From Solobacterium sp. (GTDB lineage: Bacteria; Bacillota_I; Bacilli_A; Erysipelotrichales; Erysipelotrichaceae), in contig JAFOMZ010000173.1 in NCBI GenBank assembly GCA_017421125.1, forward strand, positions 1,209 through 65,208: a stretch of 64,000 nt of DNA. Reading direction: 5' to 3'. Position 1 is the first letter of the stretch; every line of letters starts with the position of its first letter. The position numbers were made by a program, and so were the translations under genes. Below the pieces are notes generated by a model. It was given only the letters and a program-made list of their open reading frames with translations. It did not search any database and had not been told where the DNA came from. Below are positions 60,413 to 64,000 of the stretch, piece after piece.

Positions 60413-60432
60413 ATGATGCGCTCAGGGAGGAA

Positions 60433-61692
60433 ATGGAAATGGAATTTATTGAAGAACTGAAATGGCGCGGCCTTGTGAAAGACTGCACCGATTATGACGG
60501 ACTTGTCGAGCAGCTGAAGAAACCGACGACCATTTACTGCGGTTTCGACCCTACTGCTGATTCCCTCCATGTCGGTCATCTGCAGCAGATCATCCTGCTG
60601 AGAAGGTATCAGAACGCAGGTCATACGCCGATCGCTCTGTGCGGCGGATTTACGGGTATGATCGGTGATCCCCGTCCGACGACGGAACGCAAGCTCCTGA
60701 CACATGAGGAAGTCCTTCACAATGCGGAGTGCATCAAGGGACAGCTTGCGAAGTTCCTGAAATTCGAAGGCGGCAATGCTGCGATCATGGAAAACAACAA
60801 CAACTGGCTGGGCGACATGAACCTGCTCAGTTTCCTGAGAGACTTCGGAAAGCTGTTCAATGTTTCCTACATGATCAACAAAGATACGATCAGAAAGCGT
60901 CTTGATTCCGGTATCTCCTACACGGAATTCAGCTACACGATCCTGCAGGCGATCGACTGGTTCTTCCTTTACAGAAGACATCACTGCCAGATCCAGATCG
61001 GCGGCTCCGACCAGTGGGGCAACCTGACGACAGGTCTTGAACTGATCCGCAAGGAAGAAGGAGACTCTGCCCAGGTATTCGGCATCACTTCACCGCTGAT
61101 CACAAAGTCTGACGGTTCCAAATTCGGCAAGTCCGAAGGCAAGAACATCTGGCTTGATCCGGAACGTACCAGTGCATACGAATTCTACCAGTTCTGGCTC
61201 AATACACCGGATGCGGATGTCGTTGACTACCTGAAGCGTCTGAGCCTGCGTTCTCCGGAAGAGATCATGGCCCTGGAAGCAGAGATGCAGGAACATCCGG
61301 AAGCCAGAAGCGCCCAGAAGGCACTGGCAGAAGAACTGACGGAAATGGTGCACGGAAAAGACGGTCTGGAAAAAGCTGTCCGCATTTCCGAAACACTGTT
61401 CGGCGGCGACATCATGAAGCTGAGCGGTGCCGAGATCAAGGAAGGACTGCAGGACGCAGCCAAGAGCGAGATCGCTGACGGCACAACTGTCATCGACGCG
61501 CTTGTTTCTTCCGGTGTATCCCGTTCCAAGGGTGACGCAAGAAAACTGATCCAGCAGGGCAGTGTCCAGGTCAACGGTCAGAAGGTCACCGATATCGGTG
61601 CGGTGCTGACTAAGGCTGAAGCCATCGACGGTGAATTCTCGATCCTGAAAAAGGGAAAGAAAAACTACACGATCCTGACATTCAGTGAATAA
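60433..61692 (+). CDS. tyrS: Tyrosine--tRNA ligase
   Basis: YCGFDPTADSLHVGH, QIGGSDQWGN, KFGKS, C-terminal S4 domain. Confidence 0.98.
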   Translation: MEMEFIEELKWRGLVKDCTDYDGLVEQLKKPTTIYCGFDPTADSLHVGHLQQIILLRRYQNAGHTPIALCGGFTGMIGDPRPTTERKLLTHEEVLHNAECIKGQLAKFLKFEGGNAAIMENNNNWLGDMNLLSFLRDFGKLFNVSYMINKDTIRKRLDSGISYTEFSYTILQAIDWFFLYRRHHCQIQIGGSDQWGNLTTGLELIRKEEGDSAQVFGITSPLITKSDGSKFGKSEGKNIWLDPERTSAYEFYQFWLNTPDADVVDYLKRLSLRSPEEIMALEAEMQEHPEARSAQKALAEELTEMVHGKDGLEKAVRISETLFGGDIMKLSGAEIKEGLQDAAKSEIADGTTVIDALVSSGVSRSKGDARKLIQQGSVQVNGQKVTDIGAVLTKAEAIDGEFSILKKGKKNYTILTFSE

Positions 61693-61697
61693 GCGCT

Positions 61698-61727
61698 AAA
61701 GTACATCCGCAGGGATGTGCTTTTTTT
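61698..61727 (+). terminator. Intrinsic terminator after tyrS
   Basis: GTACATCC-GCAG-GGATGTGC followed by T7. Confidence 0.8.
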
Positions 61728-61813
61728 CATGCATGACCAAAAATACGGATCTGTATGCTGAATCTGTTCCGTCAGAAAGTGACAGCCATGTTATAATCAC
61801 TAGGAGGTATTTT

Positions 61814-62413
61814 ATGCGAAGATTACTGATTTGTCTTTTTTCATTTGCATTGATACTGTCCGGATGCGTGATCCGCAGGAATGACAGTGGGACAGCGGCA
61901 CAGACTGCATATGAAGGATATTATAAAGCGATCGAAGATAATGAACGCTTCATCGGAAGGTCGCTTTACTATACGATCAGTGCGCAGATGAGCAATATGC
62001 CTGACGGAACACACCGTTATTACGTATTCCTCGATAACGCACAGGTCTCCATGTATGATGTCACAATGATGGCGGTTGAAAACGATGTTCCCTTTGAGGA
62101 TTCGAAGAAAATGATGCCGAGCGTAGGCATCTTCGATTCAAAGGATTACAGTCTGATCCCTTATCAGGCAAACGCTGATGCAGGCTATGTGAAAGGTCTT
62201 GTGCTTGGCGGGGAATGCGCTGAGAAGGAAGTCAGGCTGAAGCTGATGGTCGAATGGAAAGACAGAAACCGTGAAAAAGTGACACGTGAATATATATCTA
62301 TGGTACTGACAACAGACGGATTTATTTATCCCAGCGAGATGCTCGTAGAACCGGTACCGGAGAGCACTGCTGAGCCTTCAGCGGTGCCTGAGGAGGGAAC
62401 CGATGGGCACTGA
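61814..62413 (+). CDS. Hypothetical lipoprotein
   Basis: AGGAGG RBS; MRRLLICLFSFALILSGC lipobox. Confidence 0.75.
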   Translation: MRRLLICLFSFALILSGCVIRRNDSGTAAQTAYEGYYKAIEDNERFIGRSLYYTISAQMSNMPDGTHRYYVFLDNAQVSMYDVTMMAVENDVPFEDSKKMMPSVGIFDSKDYSLIPYQANADAGYVKGLVLGGECAEKEVRLKLMVEWKDRNREKVTREYISMVLTTDGFIYPSEMLVEPVPESTAEPSAVPEEGTDGH

Positions 62414-64000
62414 AACATCTTCAAGAGTGAAACAGTCATTTCTGGCAGGATCCCTGACCAGTTCTGCAGGGGTATTTCTTGCAAAGGCGATCGGTCTGTT
62501 CTATGTGATCCCTTTTACCGCGCTGGCAGGGGAAAAGAACATGATCTTTTATTCTGCGCCTTATACATACTACAACGTCCTGCTGCAGATCAGCTCTGCC
62601 GGTCTGCCTTACGCGATCGCTGCGATCGTTGCGAAATATGTGACCCGCAATGACTACAAGACGGTCATGCTGATAAGGAGGCTTTCCACTGCGATCCTGA
62701 GCGTATCGGGCTTCCTGATGGCGATGATATTCATCCTCATTTCCAAACCGCTGGCAACGGCTATCCTGGGCTCACAGGCTACCGGTCTGGATATTTCCCA
62801 GATGCGCACCTGCTTCATGATCCTGGCGATTGCGCTGTTCCTCGTGCCGATCCTGTATTCCTACAGGGGATTCTACCAGGGAATGAAGGAACTGCGCGTG
62901 TATGCCGATTCACAGGTCCTTGAACAGATCGCCAGAGTCGCAGCATTGCTGGGACTTGGCTATGTGACTGTCAGGATCCTCCGCTTCAACAGCATCTGGG
63001 CTGTATACATGGCGATCCTTGCGACATCGATCGGCGCGTTATGCGCGATCCTGTTCTACAGCCGGTTCGACAGACGTCATATCGGCGCGATCGCGAGAAC
63101 TGCCCGTGCGCAGGAAACACCTGCGGTCAGAAGGAATGATATCCTCAAGGAACTGTTCGCCTTCGGTCTGCCGTATCTGTTTGCGGCGATCCTGGGCAAT
63201 TCCCAGACACTCATCAATACGAACTTCTTTGTGCCGACCATGACAAAGCTCGGCATGCAGTATGATACAGCCACACTGATCTACGGCATCATCGAGGTAC
63301 AGTGTGACAAACTGACGTCCATTCCGCAGGTGCTTGGCGCGGGATTCTCCGTCGGCATCGTTCCTTATATGACGACTGCCCTGGAGACCAGAAACATGAA
63401 GGATCTGCGCCGTTATGTACGTGAATGCCTTGATACAGTGCTGTATATCGGAGTGCCGATCTGCTTCTGTCTCTGTGTACTGTCGCGACCGATCTACTGT
63501 GTCATGTACGGAAACGCAAATCTTGATTACGGCGCACAGGCATTGTCCTATGCTGCACTGCTTGCGATCGTGACAACGATCACGCCGGTATGCAGTTCCA
63601 TGATGATGACGCTTCATCTGAGAAAAGAAAGCATCTTCTATCTGCTGATCGGTTTTGTCGTAAAATGCGCGACATTCTATCCGGTAATACGCATGATCGG
63701 CTATCCCGGCGCGATCATCTCGAGCGTGCTGTGCAGCTGTACGATCATTTACCTGTGTCTGGGCAAGATCAAAAACAGATATGGCGCGACATACGGCCAG
63801 ACCGTGATCAGGCTCTTCAAGATGATCCTCGGCTGTATGGCCATGAACGGTGTATTTGCCCTGATCGAGCTGGCAGGCTTCACGTTCAATACAGCATCCA
63901 GACTCGTATGTCTGGGACAGCTTGCGCTTGTCGGAATTGCCGGCATGATCATCTATATCTCTGTCACCGCCGCAATGAAAGTACCGCAGGCTGTATTCCA
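62403..64000 (+). CDS. murJ: MOP-family flippase (YtgP/MurJ-like), running off the right edge
   Basis: Absent from the ORF track because there is no stop in the window. Manual translation gives MGTETSSRVKQSFLAGSLTSSAGVFLAKAIGLFYVIPF...SSAGLPYAIA...YRGFYQG...SQVLEQIAR; multi-TM. Confidence 0.82.
   Translation, partial: MGTETSSRVKQSFLAGSLTSSAGVFLAKAIGLFYVIPFTALAGEKNMIFYSAPYTYYNVLLQISSAGLPYAIAAIVAKYVTRNDYKTVMLIRRLSTAILSVSGFLMAMIFILISKPLATAILGSQATGLDISQMRTCFMILAIALFLVPILYSYRGFYQGMKELRVYADSQVLEQIARVAALLGLGYVTVRILRFNSIWAVYMAILATSIGALCAILFYSRFDRRHIGAIARTARAQETPAVRRNDILKELFAFGLPYLFAAILGNSQTLINTNFFVPTMTKLGMQYDTATLIYGIIEVQCDKLTSIPQVLGAGFSVGIVPYMTTALETRNMKDLRRYVRECLDTVLYIGVPICFCLCVLSRPIYCVMYGNANLDYGAQALSYAALLAIVTTITPVCSSMMMTLHLRKESIFYLLIGFVVKCATFYPVIRMIGYPGAIISSVLCSCTIIYLCLGKIKNRYGATYGQTVIRLFKMILGCMAMNGVFALIELAGFTFNTASRLVCLGQLALVGIAGMIIYISVTAAMKVPQAVF

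Overview
64-kb chromosomal window from a Firmicute of moderate GC content. Protein style and gene order suggest Erysipelotrichales (Solobacterium/Bulleidia-like), which is an inference. Most of it is + strand housekeeping backbone: priA-rsmB-rlmN-stp-pknB-rsgA-rpe-thiN, rpmB, ftsAZ, rsmE-mtaB-murE-deoC, rpsU-phoH-ybeY-dgkA-cdd-era-recO, glyQS-dnaG-rpoD-trmK, rpsT, fmt-lepA-hemW-mtnN, rpsO, pnp-trmB, murC-ytxG-ccpA, a T-box with tyrS, and a MurJ/YtgP flippase running off the right edge. Non-core content: (i) an intact IS4-family element with 17-bp IRs and a 9-bp target duplication, inserted in the thiN/rpmB terminator; (ii) a PucR-family regulator facing an unannotated 47-aa ORF across a PutR-like palindrome; (iii) a ~12-kb accessory block separating rpsO from pnp. 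That block holds an XRE regulator with two radical SAM genes, followed by an unannotated 34-aa hydrophobic ORF, and is the best candidate for an undescribed system. Also notable are a possible motor-less SftA remnant before murC and two tandem Glu/Ala/Lys-repeat paralogues at the ytxH position. No rRNA, tRNA or CRISPR array was seen. Family assignments come from motif recognition, not database searches.
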